This document shows positions 35,105-49,516 of a stretch of 64,000 nt of DNA, piece after piece (position 1 is the first letter of the stretch; every line of letters begins with the position of its first letter). Source of the DNA: Botryllus schlosseri (Eukaryota). The stretch lies in the NCBI GenBank assembly GCA_051294905.1, contig CM119371.1, positions 36,458,001 through 36,522,000 of the forward strand. Direction: 5' to 3'. The notes beneath the pieces were generated by a model. The model made no database searches. It was not told the origin of the DNA and saw nothing but the letters and a program-made list of their open reading frames with translations. The position numbers and the translations under genes were made by a program.

Positions 35105-38100
35105 ATATATATCTATATCTAATATTTCATTATTCAGAATTGTGTGGCGGGCTGGATTCAAACCTTCAAACCACCCGCGGGATGGATCCGTCAACGACTC
35201 CAGAATGTTACCTCATGCCCTTAATCTTCACTTTAATACAGTATTATGAAGCAAATGTATTCCATTTTCCTTCAAACTCTGAACTTAGTGTGACTTATTT
35301 GCCTTTTCGAATTTGAGTGTCAATGTCACGAACTTGTTGCTAGTCGTAACAAGAGCGAAATTAATAACACCGCAGTCGGGTGGCTATATCGTGGCCTATC
35401 AACATGAATATGCTCGACATTTGTTGTATTGAAGGATTATTAAATGAAAGTATCACGCATAAAAAAATCTGAACATTTGCTGCAAATGTGCTAGATATAA
35501 TAAAATCATTTTTAAACCTACTCAGAATTGCTTTGCGGATAGAATGGAATCGTTTGGCAGACAGAAGGCGGGCCGAATATTCGACACCCCTGCCCTACAC
35601 TGTTTCCTTGGCTCATGGGTTACAAAGTAATGAATGTCATAAGAGCGAGCCATTGCAAAAGTGAAACTGTTATGGAGGGGCATTCAAAGTAACGAGTATC
35701 GAGAAAGCGCGTGTTAATCATTGCTAATCAGTGTACTATAAATATAAGTGTGGATTATTATTGATGATGATTTATTGATATTATTGATTATTATTATTGA
35801 TTTAGCCGTGAAAATGGAGTAGAAAAATGGATTCCATGAGTTCCCAGTTGGGCATTGTCAACAATCACGATATGTGCTCAGTATACTCTTTGGCTACGTT
35901 ATGAACGTAGTGCGACCCGCGGAACGAATGTGGCCCGCACACGTTCATTTTACGGAATTTGCATCATGAAGGCAATTACTACTGGCACGGTATTGTTACA
36001 CATTAATTTAGCAACTTAGCTCATCTATCGCACCGTCTGTCTCGTTATGACGACTCATTCTTTGGTGTTTTCTTGTTTCTTGATATGTGATCGAGTTAAA
36101 TTGCTATTGCTTTGAATCGGTATTCGGCTGGACTCTGGTTCAAGAGAATCGAGCTGCGTATAATACACTTTTAAAGAGTGTTCCACTCACAGCGAATGGT
36201 TTGAACAGAAAGAAAAAATAGATAACGGGAAATTAAACGGCGAAAACTGGGTTTGTAAATCTGCGTGAAACAATGAATTTGCCTTCTCAGATATAAATGG
36301 AAAACTGATGTGTCATATTTGTCCAAGAACAGTTGTCATGGCGAATCGTAGAAGATTAAAATTATACCACGACATATTCTTCTTGAGTTATAGGCCTACA
36401 TATCGCCTGATCTTAGAAAACGTTGCTAGCTAGCTGTCAAGCCCGGCAACGACGTTAACGACGCATCATTCAAAATTGCTTGAAATATCGCTAAACCCAA
36501 GAAATCTGCTAGAGAAGGTTTGATTTCAATAAAACTATAGCAACTGCAAACTATTAAAGCTTTTGAATGCATGGAAATGTGCTAATGCCCGTGTACGACT
36601 GGTAAATAGGCTACAATAGCCTAAATTTTATAGTAGCCTAAATTTAATAGTAGCCTATAAATACAAGGTAATAAGGTTCTGCGCCCCGCAGAGTCGTTTG
36701 CTGTTAGAATGTGGCCCGTTATACAAAGAATGTTGAGAACCCCTGCTTTGCAGGCTATCAATAGGTTATTTCAGGACAGGCCACATGATTAGTTGCGCAT
36801 GGCAACGATAGAATACAGACAGCTTAGCGAGCTACTATCTTCCCCGTTCATGCTTATGGTCCTCATTTTAAATCTTCGTACATCTCGTGAACCTATGGCA
36901 ATTGTCAGTGAAAGTTATTTTGACACTCGAGTACGTTATATGCTTCTTCTCCGTAAGTGTTTGGTACTCAATTCGGCAAACACACGTAGAAATACTGCGT
37001 GTTGTATAGTCGTATTGCGACACGTGATGCTGACATTAACGTATGAGATACGTCTATAGCGGACAGACATTGGCTCATTTTGCTGTATAAGTAGCTACTG
37101 ACTGTAGCTATATTCTACAATTCTTGCAATTGGGTTTAGTGATTAACCATGACCTGACCACGCAACGTTGGTGGAACAAATCAGAGTGAACCACAATATA
37201 ATCTGCGGCGCAGAGTAAACTCAGTAGAATTCTCGCGGCAGCTTTTACTACTCGTTGTGATCGTGCAGCGTTGAATCCAGTCTGTCTATAGGACAGTAGT
37301 CTACAGGACTCCTTTATAACCTGTTCGCCAAATAAAACTATCATGGTAGCAAGTAAAAATTACATATGAAAAAGAAGCATCTTCTTCCTTCTTATTTTAT
37401 ACTTCGAACTTGACGATATCGATATAATCTTGATCATGATGCAACCGCTTCAAAACCCTCCACTCCCTGTCTTAATCATAATCATAATCAACGCTTCTGT
37501 TAGTTTTGTCCGCTCAGGACACACAATGTACCCTACAATGTGATACACGCAAGACACACATTGCGATGTAAGGAACAATTATTTAGGAGGATGTCGAAAC
37601 GAAAGCGAACACATCTAAGACCCCCTCGACCTAATTAGAGATGTGGCACTGTTTGATTCTGATCTTTAGGATATCTATGCTTTTAATACGCTTTGCTTTT
37701 CTCTTTTCATTCGCTTACTTGTATTCGCCCTCCACTGGTTATTTCTATGAACTGTGTTTTAAAGACGCCGTGGGAACAGCGATGTCAAACTCCATTTGGT
37801 CTGAAAAACAATCGTATGTTGTGATATGTATATATATACAAGATATGATGATGTCACTTTCGACCAATATCAGAGCAAATATGCATAATATTCTGAGTGA
37901 GCATATAGGCTACTTGAGATTGGGATTGCACAATGTCAATACGTCGTCGGAGTGGGATTGTCTTGATTTGAATGAGATCTAGATATTGTTGTCGAGTAGG
38001 GTGAACGTGAATTGGCAGAGGGAGAAGACAGACAGAGAGAGTGAGAGAAAACAAACAGGCAAATTTGCGGTACAAAAGAATGACTGGGGCAATGGGTCTA

Positions 38101-40358
38101 GTTCGAATGTTGAGACTTAAGTTCGAGTCCAAGTCTAAGTGTTCGCACTGTTCATCATCGAGTTCAAGTAAAGTGCAACTCACTTTTTTTAAAACCCAGA
38201 GGTGATATCGAAGGCCTCCTATTCAAAATATACTCATTTTTCTTACTTCATAACATGATTATTGAAACAGATAAAAGACAGTTTCCGGCCCTATTTTTCA
38301 ACTGTCGGTCCCGATACACGGGACTTGGATCAGTATCAGTTTATTGATAATTTTCATCATTTCAAAACACCACAGAAACTGCGATACAATGAAGAGATAG
38401 GGAGGTGTCGAAACGACTTGGAGTAGTCTTTGAGATCAGACACGCACGTTGACCTAGGCGAAGTAGAGAAGAGGCATGCACACTGACTGAAAAGTGAAGC
38501 AGATAATTTAAAGGCAAGCGACGAAATGAGATGGTATGTGGCGGAAGGCGAGATCGATATGTTAGGTCGTGGTCCGGTGATCCTGAAGGATGTAAAATGT
38601 CTCGATTGATGAACAATGACTCGAGTACAAGTCGAGTCAATGCATGAAGCGACTCAAGTCGGGTCAATGAAAATTTGAGATTCGAGTCATTACAACCCTA
38701 GTAGCTATCGGTTTGAAATTTAGTTTAACAATAAAACGTGAAAAATTTTCAACAGCAACTTTGCTGAGGGATACCAATCGGTCAGTAATCTATTTTCCAG
38801 TCGATGGATGCAACCAGGTGAAGAGTATATGGATTTGTATCACTGAGCAAGTAGCACGATGATGCGTTCTCTTGCGATTGGTGTAATCATATGATAAATT
38901 GTACGCGCAGCAGGTCCGGGGCCTTAGCAATGATAGGGAGAACTAGGGATGGTGTGAACGTGAGGTTCACGTTCGCGATCTGTGCGTGAATTTTGATGTT
39001 CACGTTCACAAACGAATCTCGGTGGATTCTACACTGTGAATCTTCTTCATATACTACAATCTTGCGCGTCATTAAAACATGTTTGGTTAAATTCTTTACA
39101 TTTCAACTGCGGGCTACTTTACGCATGACGCTGGCAGAATTTAAAAAAATCAACACTGAACGGGCATGCACCTTACAAATTTCAAACGTTTCCCCTGCTT
39201 TGTTACAAAAGTTTGCTCGAAATATCCAGCTTTCCGATCGTGCACCTTGACAATGTCAATAATTTTACCTGATTTGTTACAAAAGTTTGCTCGAAATATT
39301 TAGTTTTCTGTTTGTGAATATTTAGTGACTCTCTGCTGTGACCTTGACCAGCGATCAGACAACATCAAAACCTAAAAATGTAATTTTTCCAGTGGCAAAT
39401 GTGCCTTCTCACTGGCAGAATCCCAGCAAATAATTCGTATATAACTTTGCATAGATTGGAATATACGTCAATAGTGTATATACCGAACCCAACGCGGCAG
39501 GCAGCGTCTATAGGTGGTAGAACTAGGGTAGCATGTAAAACAAAATTCAATTTAAAACAAATATGTTTGAAACGAGGCCCTTGTTTGAAACATGTTTTTA
39601 TTGTGTTTTTTGTTGTTGTTGTTGTTGTTGTTTAAGCAATGACGTCAAGAGTATTCAACTGTGACGTCATAGTGAATTGGCATTGGCAATTGAAAATGTA
39701 GGGTAAATATGGCTCCTTCCACGAAAAGTGCTTTCGATCACTGTCATAAACAGACCAAAAATATTTTCAACCAGTACCAATGTTCCCTTTAATTTCTCAC
39801 GAGTCTGCGTGCACTCACCAACTTACTACGCGGTCCCTTGGACAACAGTTCGTAACGTAAAAAAATGGCCATCACTTCGGATTTTTGTGCACAGCCTAGA
39901 TTTTCTGTGCGCATAGACCTTGTCAGCACTGCACAATTGCCCACGTGCGCAGCTTAGAGAGAACATTGCCAGGACTACATCGTTATGAAGCAGTTTTACG
40001 TTCGGCGGTCATCATCATCAGAACACCCATTCCGTACCAATGATCTATATCTACGCGCATAAACTGTTTAACCAACGACAATTTCGAGGGTTCCAACCCC
40101 CCACATCGTATACGTCGACTATTTAGGCTCATACTACATGGTTTTTCGGACGTATTTTGCACAAATATGGCATAATTAGACAACGTTTGAAAAACAACAT
40201 ATTTTTTTTCAAAAAGGCATTTGTTTAAAACACTGCTTAAACATGTTTTAAACAAAGTGTTTTAAAACACCGTTTGTTTTAAATGCAACCCTAGCCGTAC
40301 ATCACCCAGAATCTCATCCTTGACTCCAGTAAATGACGAAGTATCATATAGCTTAATT

Positions 40359-41303
40359 CAGTGTTGGGATGATTCGAGTCATGACTTGACTTGAGTCAGA
40401 CTCGAGTCAACTTTTTCGTATGACTTAACTTGACTTGACTCGGCGCTTCAGGAATGTGGACTGACTCGTGACTCGAAGCAAAGTTTACGAGTCAATTTCG
40501 AATCATCAATAAGTAATAAGGTCGATTATATCACTGTATCAGTATCATGTATATATTCGGATTAGTCGCGTTACACTGGTGACACTTCTGAGAGCAACCA
40601 GTCATTCACTGATTGTAGGTTTCACTGGTCCTCCATTGTTACATCACAAATAAATTGACCGCAAACGAAATGATCATAGTTTACGTTGCCGTAGTAGTAG
40701 TTGATTAATAGCAACGTATCTCTGTTTCGTAGACGGCTCAGTACTAACATTGCGCAGTTCTCATCTTTGTCAACTCTCTTGTATGATTTACATCGAATGA
40801 ATATAACCAAGCGTTTATATTCTCACGGATGTGTGAATGGGTATAGTGTATTGTACCATATCAATTTGTTTCAACCTCTCGAGGCTTCGTATTCGTTCCT
40901 CTATTTGGGCTGATAATAACAGACTGTAGCATGTAACTATATACAGTTACTCATGTATTTTATTAGCAATTCTACGTGTGTCTGTGCGTTGCAACACCTG
41001 TTTGCATGTAGATTTACCTTTATATTCGTTATTTGAATCAAGATAAATGGCAAATTAATCTGTCTTTCACACAACTGGCAAAATTTTATGACTTAGAATC
41101 ATCACTCGTACTTCGAAATTCAATTTGACTTTAATTGTGACTTGACTCGTGACTTGACTTGCCTTGACTTAACTTAACTTGACTCGAGTCACCTCCAAAA
41201 ATCGAGCGACTTGACTTGACTCGAGTCACCTTCGATAATCGATTGACTTGACTTGACTCGAGATGACTCGTGACTCTAAGGTAGTGACTTGATCCTAACA
41301 CTG
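40359..41303. mobile_element. hAT-type MITE (CAGTGTTGGG TIR subfamily; second copy 53868-54687)
   Basis: TIR CAGTGTTGGGAT/ATCCTAACACTG, perfect TSD GCTTAATT, GACTT/GACTCGAGTC subterminal repeats. Confidence 0.8.
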
Positions 41304-44300
41304 GCTTAATTACGGAACATAACAAACTCATTTTCACGACAGCTCAATGTGACATTTACTTTTGTCCTGCATATAAATAATAGGTAGATTTAAGTAAATT
41401 CGTCTTCATGCATATCGCTGTCTCTGTCGAACGTCTGGTAACAATTACACCTTCGTATAAAAATAAATCGTCTGTCACGACCGAACAACCGTAATACGAC
41501 GGACTTTTTAACGCCATTGATACCAGAGCTTTGGAGCAGCCGTAAATTTGCATTGCTTCTGCTCCGGCTCCGGAGCTTTCTTCTCTCACACATTAGCTCC
41601 GGCTCCAGCTCCGGAGCCGCATTATTACCACTGCTCCGGCTCCAGCTCCGGCTCCGGCAACCATATCGAAGGAATCTGCCTATATCAGGGGTGGCCAACC
41701 CGCGGCCTGCGGGCCATATGTGGCCCGCGATAAGGTTTTGAGTAGCCCGCGAACTAATTCCCCATTATATTATCGAAATTCTGTTATATTATCGAAATTG
41801 AATTGCTCAGATTGAAAACTTGCAAGGCCAACCAAAAAAATTATTAGTCTGGCCACGACACTTGGGATGACTGAAGTATCAGTTTCGACGCATTGGCAGA
41901 TCCAGGGTCCAGTCACATTTTTAGTAAATCGTCGTACATTACAATAAACTAAAATAGTAGTAAAATATTACTTCACGCTTCGCGTGTTTAATTGTCACAC
42001 AAATTCTTTCTCTGTAGTCTACCCCCACCTGAAAATGAAAAAAACGCCTGATTTGGCCGATTGAGTCTATAACTCTATTCGTAATTACGAGAGAAAGTAT
42101 TTTCGCGTTTGCACTCGCAGAAAGATCGTCGGCGATGAAATGTAGGCACAAAATAATTGTCGTATATTAGCGGAAATCTTCGATATCGATATGTCCAGAT
42201 GCCGAATAGTCCTGTCCTTGCAAACTGAGCCCAGCGGGTGGTATACAGTCGACCCGCAATATACCCAAGTAATAATAATGTTAACTTTGAAAATTTTACG
42301 CGCTTGGCGCGGCCAGTGGGCAGCGCACTCGTTCGTCAATTTCACGTGGCCCTTTAGCTGAAAAGGTTGGCCACCCCTGGTCTATATAGGTTACTAATTT
42401 ACCCGTAGGTTAGTTATCTATAGTAATCTAGAGTCTGTCAGCCGTCAGTAACATCGGATGCAACAAGGAAGACATAGGTGCCGCCGTACCGGCTTGTGAC
42501 GACATAATGAATACTTGTCAATTGTCGATAACATCATAGTTGCGCTAGAACGCACTTTACTCCGTGACATTGCTGTGTACAGCATTAAAATTCTGATGCG
42601 GCGTTTTAACACTGTCACTGTACTTGTTAACATTAAGCCATACAGCTCAATTCAATTTTTAAATGTGCGATTATTATTCAACTGTAACTGTAGTAAGAGC
42701 AATATGGGCGGATATAACGACGTAATCAATAGAAATTGTAGAAACCCGGTGAAAGAGCGCACTCACAAGAATGTAAAGTGCAAAAAAGAGCTGCGGAATA
42801 GAGACTAACATCGAAAAAAGGAGCTATGTGACATCCGGCACTAGGCCGAGGTGGTATCCTCCTATCAGTTCATTGCATAGCATTGTACATTGTGTGTGTC
42901 TTGTTCAGATGTATGTAGCCTATAATCTGACGATTATTGATTATTGTCGGTTTGCTGGGTATACCCGGACTCTTATTATATGTATCGGATACATGCTACC
43001 TTACACATTGTGTTGGTAGCGCAACAAACTTTCCTAAAACCTTTAGGATTTTCAAGTACAAACTAGATGATCAAGAATGACCAATGCTTGCGAGCTCATT
43101 TTTGTGGTTTACAATCTGCAAGTTTAACATTAGCATTCTTGTTGATTATTCTTGGATATGGTGATGATATTTCTATCAATTATGTTTCCACTGTAGTATT
43201 TTGCTTCATGTCTTAGGGCAGCCCCATACATGGGTTTCTCAAATAGCGGGTTAACATTTATTAAAGTTATGAATTATTATGTAACCGTGTAATAATATGA
43301 CCTTGAATAATACGTTGCTTCGAATTTTTAGTCCAAAGTTTAAGTGCGTATCATACGATTTATTTCCTGTGTCGGGCTAAAAAATATTCGAGAACCTCTG
43401 CTTTATAGACTATAACCGTTCCATTTTATTCAACAAGATAACTGCAACAATACAACTGGTACATCGTTTAATGGTCAATGATCAGAGATGATGAGATCTA
43501 GTTGGTATTAATTAGTATTATAACTGCAAGCTGCAACAATACAACTAGTACATCCTTCAATTGTCAATCATCGGAGAGAATGAGATACAATTGGTATTGT
43601 TAGTATTTTATCATTTGAGAACACCAACAGATAGTGATGAGATTAAAGGATAGAAAGATATTGAAATGAAATGAAGTCTTTCAATCAGACAGCTATTTGG
43701 TCAATGGCATAATACATCTAGAAAGGGTTTGTGTTGAATCCAGTCCATCTGGTGTAGTTTTGGGTTGTGAATGGGGAATATAAACCATTACAGTTGGTGA
43801 TAACTGATAAGGATAGAATAATGATTTCAGCACTTCCATCACGAGGACAAGACGACACGAAACAACATTATTTTCGTCGCTAACAGCTATTGGATGCCCA
43901 CATGGATGATTTATATTGAGATGGATACTTTCACCATCCTCATTGCACTTCAAGAGACGAAATTAGGTCCATGTTTAGTCCAGTCCCATAGTAAAGCATA
44001 TAGCAACAAAACAGATTTGGGTCGAGTTATCTTTATCGCCCCTAGTGTTCAAAATGAAGTGGAAATGCCCCATTGGGCTATATGTAATGTGAGCTCTGGT
44101 GATTGCTGCTTACTAGGGTCTGCTATAGATTCCCCCACGGGCCGGATGAAATCATCTGCCGGGTCGTGTCTGGCCTGTAAGGATTGTGTTTGACAGCCCT
44201 GCTGTACTCTTAGGTCGGTGCGGCTATCTGTTTATGTGTTTTAATCAGGTCCGTAACAACATTTTTCTCCCCCCCCCCCTCCGCCCAAAAAAGGACTGAT

Positions 44301-45543
44301 CTTGGGTCCATTATAAAGTAGTCGATGTAACTTGTTGGGCACTTATTATATGCATTTGGCTGTTAAATTTTATGTATGAATTCTGTCAATAATATTGATA
44401 CTTCCATATATTAGGCTACTAGAAAATGCACCGGCAGGTTGCACATCCGGTGATTTCCAACCTTTCATGGTCGCGACCTCATTTCCCACTTGAAAATGTT
44501 CCGTGGCAAAGCTCAAAACCCAATAAGCTGATTACTAAAAAAATTCCGCTTGCCCAAACTTACTCACGGCCTAGGAAGCTGATTACGTCCAACATCATCG
44601 CGATCCCCAGATAAAGGCGAACGACCGCAAGATTTGGAACCACTGTCTGTGATTGAAGCATCCAACCGGCCTGAACCAACTCCAGGAATATACCGTTGGC
44701 TTATAATTGCGATTAGAATCAGACTGATTTCAGTAAATGATGGTTATTTATATTTATTTTGATTGCATTTTTGGCGAGGGTTGTGCATGATGCCCATACT
44801 AATATTATTATACGTTGCATTAACTCGCGCACGGCGCAAAGAACAATTTTGAATAGCTTAAATCTGCTTGAAAATAATATTGTTTATGTTGATTTACGAA
44901 AAACTTTTGAGCCGGCTTAAAGCCTTCAAAATTCCGGACATTTAGGCATATTTTAGAAATTCCTGCCGGACGCAAATTTTTCAGTGAAATTTCGGACATG
45001 TCCGGGAAATTCCGGACGTATGGCAACCCTAAATTAGCATGCACAATTGCATACTCAATAACACTGTCCAATTTCGCGGCCCGATTAAAGAACTATCTCG
45101 AAAGAACGAGTATTTGCTCATCCGATTCATAGAAACGATAAGATGGAATGTCTCGGCTCGTGCTCGTCATATCGACATGTGCTGAGCAACGAAATTACGT
45201 TTTTATCCTCTCTCCCATTTCGCGTAATGCATAGTGATCATTATTTTCAAACCGTATACAATTGGCCAGGCCAACAAGGTTGTGCTGCTGATGGAATTGC
45301 GGGTATGCCGAATACCTACAATATTCACAGGCATATTTCGTATACCGAGGTTCGGCACTAATGTATGAAAATTGAACATTGAACATACGACTGTTCTGCT
45401 GTTAAATCCCCACGAACATGGTTAGTCGGAAAAGGTAGCGCCAAAGAGGAAAGGATTCTTAATTTGGCGAAGGCCGGCTGTTGAATTTTGTGAACTCAGC
45501 AGATATGGTTGTGGCATATATAATAGCATCTTATGAAATACGT

Positions 45544-45691
45544 CGGAGCCGGAGCTACTACTCAAATAACTGGCTCCAGCTCCGACTCCGGCTGAATTTT
45601 ATGTAGAGCTCCGGCTCCAGCTCCAGCTCCGGTAAAAATGCACGGCTCCGGGGCTCCGGCTCCGGGCTCCGGCTCCGGATCCAAAGCCCTG
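45544..45691. repeat. (GCTCCG)n-rich MITE end (second copy about 41524-41657)
   Basis: Tandem GCTCCG/GCTCCA units next to a CCAAAGCCCTG terminus. Confidence 0.65.
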
Positions 45692-45871
45692 ATTGATACG
45701 CACATATTCCGCATCTGTGCGAATACAGGTTTTTGTTGGTTAGACATTTCGATTTACAGCATGAATTAAATATCCATCTTTTAATAAAACAACCCTTATT
45801 TGTACACGGCAAATATAACAGTTATTCATACACTTCAAAATCTGCATAATCCACACATGTGTGAAGATAAA

Positions 45872-47640
45872 TTAAGGTATTTGGTATCCTTCAATCAATT
45901 TTTCGTATTTAGCCTTCGCTTCCTCGCATACGAGATAGTCCTCGTGCAGAACTACTTCCCGTAATTTCCGAACCGCTTGCTCATTAAGGACGTCTTTGGT
46001 AATCGTTTTCGTTTTATTCATCACAGGCACCTAGATGCGACCCCATGTTTCCAAAGCACCTCCGAAGAAATCCGGAATGACGGCCTCCAACAGCCTCGTA
46101 GTGTTTTCTAATTTTTCAGTTATTCACTACATAATTATATTTAATGTGTTTCCTCGCCAATTCCACCTTCTCCGTTGAAGACAGATCTTCGTCAATTGGA
46201 TCGAGTCCGCAAAATACTTTGTATAGTGATGTGTCATTCTTGGAGTATGACAAAACGCCCCCTCGTCCATCACGCATTTGTTTATTTCACTTATATTTTG
46301 GGGCTGAGCTCTTCTGCTTGCGTCCCCGTGTTTCAAATAATCAAACTCTGATTGAAATCGGCTGATTGGCTCGCGTATCATATTGATATAAATCGGTGGC
46401 TGAAATCCGTGCTTTTGAAAATCTAAATAATGGATGTGGCGATCGTAAAACGTTGGAGGTTTCAGTCCAGCTATATACTGCATTTCCTCAAGCGCGAGCT
46501 TATCATCTGGATCAGGGCTGGCCAACCTTTTCGGCCAAAGGGCCACATTCGATTGACGAATTTTTGCGCGGGCCACAATCCGCGCGAAGCGCGAAAATTT
46601 TTTGAAGTTCATAGGTCAATAATATTGTCACACTTGACTTTATTGCGGGCCTGCTGTATATCGCTGGGCTAAGTTTGCGAGGACTGGGCTATTCGGCGCA
46701 TGGACATATCGCTATCGAAAGCTGTGACCAACATGCGTCAATCATTTCGTGCCTAGGTTTCACGGTGGACGGTCTTACTGCGAGCGCAAACGCAAGGTCG
46801 CATATGTTGAACGACACTTTGTCTCGTAATCGCGAAAATAGTTAGACTCAATCTGACACATTAGGTGTTCTTCCATTTTCACAAAAGGGCAACCATATTA
46901 AAAACAAGAAATCGAGTGACAACATATTGCGCTAAGCTTGTAGAAAATTTTTACCTTTGATAAATCTATCGCAAATTATTCTGCTTTATTGTAGTGTACG
47001 AAGATGTACCAATATGTGAATGGCTGATGGATCTGTCAATGCGTCGGAACTGATATTTTAGTCATCACATCTCAAATATTGCGGCCAGACTAATCAAATT
47101 TTTGGTCGGCCTTGCAAGCTCAAAATCTGTGCAATCCATTTTTGATGATATTAGAAATTTCGGAAATTACCTCGCGGGCCACTCAAAACCTTCTCGCGGG
47201 CCACATGTGGCCCGCGGGCCACGGGTTGGCCGGCCCTGATCTGGATGCTGACTTCCATAGTTTATTGACGATTCAGCTGTGATTCACTTTGGACAGAGCA
47301 GCGTAACGGGCAAACGTGAGTAAGGACCTGCTCCCGCAGTTACCCAGTCTGTTGTAAATAACGTTCCGCGATGTGCCATTCGTAAGACTCGTGGCCAGTG
47401 TCAAATCCTTCGGAACAGAGCGGCTTCTGGAAATTGTCACGGTCGATCTTGAGTTAAAGGGAACTTGACGATCGAAAATCCTTGCCAGTTTGATTCAACC
47501 GCTACCACATCGCCATGGGCAATTTTGAAACTTATCCTTAGAGTTTCTTGTTTTACATTGGCGCCAACCTATAAGTAGGCCAGTAGAAATGCAACAGCAA
47601 GGGCTGTTACAAAAACGTTCTTAATGCATGGCCGTGCCAT
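45872..47640 (-). pseudogene. Uronyl 2-O-sulfotransferase-like pseudogene, copy 3
   Basis: Starts MARPCIKNVF at 47640. A deletion/frameshift in the TM region gives TAG at codon 24; a MITE is inserted at 46513-47238; there is a 1-nt deletion at about 46211-46214 (KYFCG becomes KYFAD) and a further small deletion near 46125. Homologous TAA at 45872. Confidence 0.9.
46513..47238. mobile_element. hAT-type MITE disrupting sulfotransferase copy 3 (relative at 41686-42379, opposite orientation)
   Basis: TIR CAGGGCTGGCCAACC/GGTTGGCCGGCCCTG, perfect TSD ATCTGGAT, GCGGGCC subterminal motifs. Confidence 0.88.
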
Positions 47641-47806
47641 TGAAATATAGATTATCTGAATAGAACGATAGAACGCAATTCGGGACCTCTGAACGCAAAC
47701 AGTGTCAAGTCTTGAGCTTTTACGTAACCACTGACCTATCGATATGATTACACTGCTTCAAAATGCGCTCAATAAGCACAATGCAAGATGAACAATGCGA
47801 TACAAG

Positions 47807-48225
47807 TAGGGTTGCATTTAAAAAAAAGGTGTTTCAAAAAATAGGCCTTTTTAATAAAACACAATTGTGTTTTTTTCAAGTTGTAAAATTATGCCATAAT
47901 TGTGTAAATGCTTTACAAAAACATGTTGTATGAGCCTATACGGACAATTACCACCCGACATAGCCGACGTATATCGATATGGGATGGTTGGAACCCTCAA
48001 AATAGTATATTCAACAGCAATAGTACATATATTTTGTCAAAGGAGCCATTTTTACCCTATAGTTTCAATTGTCAATGTCACTTCCACTATGACGTCACAA
48101 TTGAATGTTCGTGGCGTCATGGCTTTAAAAAACATGAAAAAACATTTAAAATAACATGTTTTAAATTAGGGCCTTGTTTTAAACATGCTTGTTTTAAATT
48201 TATTTTTGTTTTAAATGCTACCCTA
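47807..48225. mobile_element. hAT-type MITE (relative at 39524-40293)
   Basis: TAGGGTTGCATTTAAAA/TTTTAAATGCTACCCTA with perfect TSD GATACAAG. Confidence 0.8.
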
Positions 48226-48526
48226 GATACAAGTATCGACAGACTACTTTTTATCGGCGCAAACAAGCGTATGTTGGGATAGGTCTATCTAAAGTTGTCA
48301 GATTCGATTAATGTGTGAGCAAATATGCATCATACTCGAAGTGAGTACTAATTACTTGAAATAAGGATTACGCAATGTCAATCCGTTGTCCAGCAAACAA
48401 TTGGTAGCATGTTTCTGATTTGTGTTTGCGATTGTCATCGATCAATACAACATCCATTGTAACAGAATATTTATTAAGCTCGAAGACTTTTCGGGTGCCA
48501 CTTTTCAAGAGTTAACGGCACACTAA

Positions 48527-49516
48527 AGCGTAGGCCACACGTATAGTATTCACTAGCGACATCACTCGCGATAATCTCACTTTTCCACTAAGACGAGTGT
48601 TACGTCATCATGGGGTGGGAAAAGGTTAACCGAGTACAGTACATCATTCTCGGAGCGAGAAACTGCGCCGGTACGGTACTTATTACAAAGCTTCAACATT
48701 GGGCATCATTCGAATAGGTATCCCGCCGTACAACCAAGATATGTTAGCCGACTTGGTGATATGGTAGAAGTTGAAAACAACAATAAAATGCTATATGCAC
48801 ATTGCACGCACAGTCCAAGGCATTGCTGACAGCTATTTGCAGAGGCAATACTTTCATTGGTAGTGGCATTCAATAAATGAACACATATTTCAGCAGTCAA
48901 ATGCGGTATCATAGTGATTAATTCAACTGCGATTGGCTTGGTGTTGGTCAGTTGCGGAGAGCTCTGTAGGGCACAACGGCTGCTTGATGAACGAAGTGAC
49001 AACGATGATCAAATCAGAAATCGGCGTAATAAAATATCCAGTAGAAGCCCTGATCCCTTCATATCAAGCATGAGTTGGGTTAGATTTTGTAATCGCCTCG
49101 TCCATCATTGCATGGCACTTGTCGTTATCGATTTACATACCTTGTGTTCTAATTTAAACATTTGAATTCTTGTGGTTGCAAGAGCCAACATTTTCACCTA
49201 TTTGAATGTCATAAGATTTGTTTTTGTTATTACGAATGCCACACAGGTCTGTATGCTACAATGTATCACCTACTTGGCTAGGTCCGTACACGGCGTAGGT
49301 TTCCGAACAACTGATCCCCATTCCACGGTAACTTTTTCTCCGCTGTGACGTAATACTGTCACAACAAGATTCACTAGCGAGCTTGCGAGTGAAACGCATC
49401 GGTAGCGTCTTGACTAGCGACCTTGCTAGCGACCCCGCTAGCGCTTGGTAGCGAAGGAGTGGAGCAAAGAAAGAAACGAAGTCGCTAGCGAATTTCGGTA
49501 CCGTGTGACCTACCCT
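48527..49516. mobile_element. Probable PIF/Harbinger-type non-autonomous element
   Basis: TIR AGCGTAGGCCACACG / CGTGTGACCTACCCT flanked by TAA on both sides, with CTAGCGA subterminal repeats. Confidence 0.6.

Noticed and set aside
41356..41741. Short ORFs with RSRS/GSGS/ELEP repeats
   Set aside because: They are translations of the (GCTCCG)n MITE repeat, not genes.
43430..43990. Decayed NHL-repeat-like coding relic with an about 89-bp tandem duplication
   Set aside because: The resemblance is faint and broken by many stops; it cannot be supported without a search.
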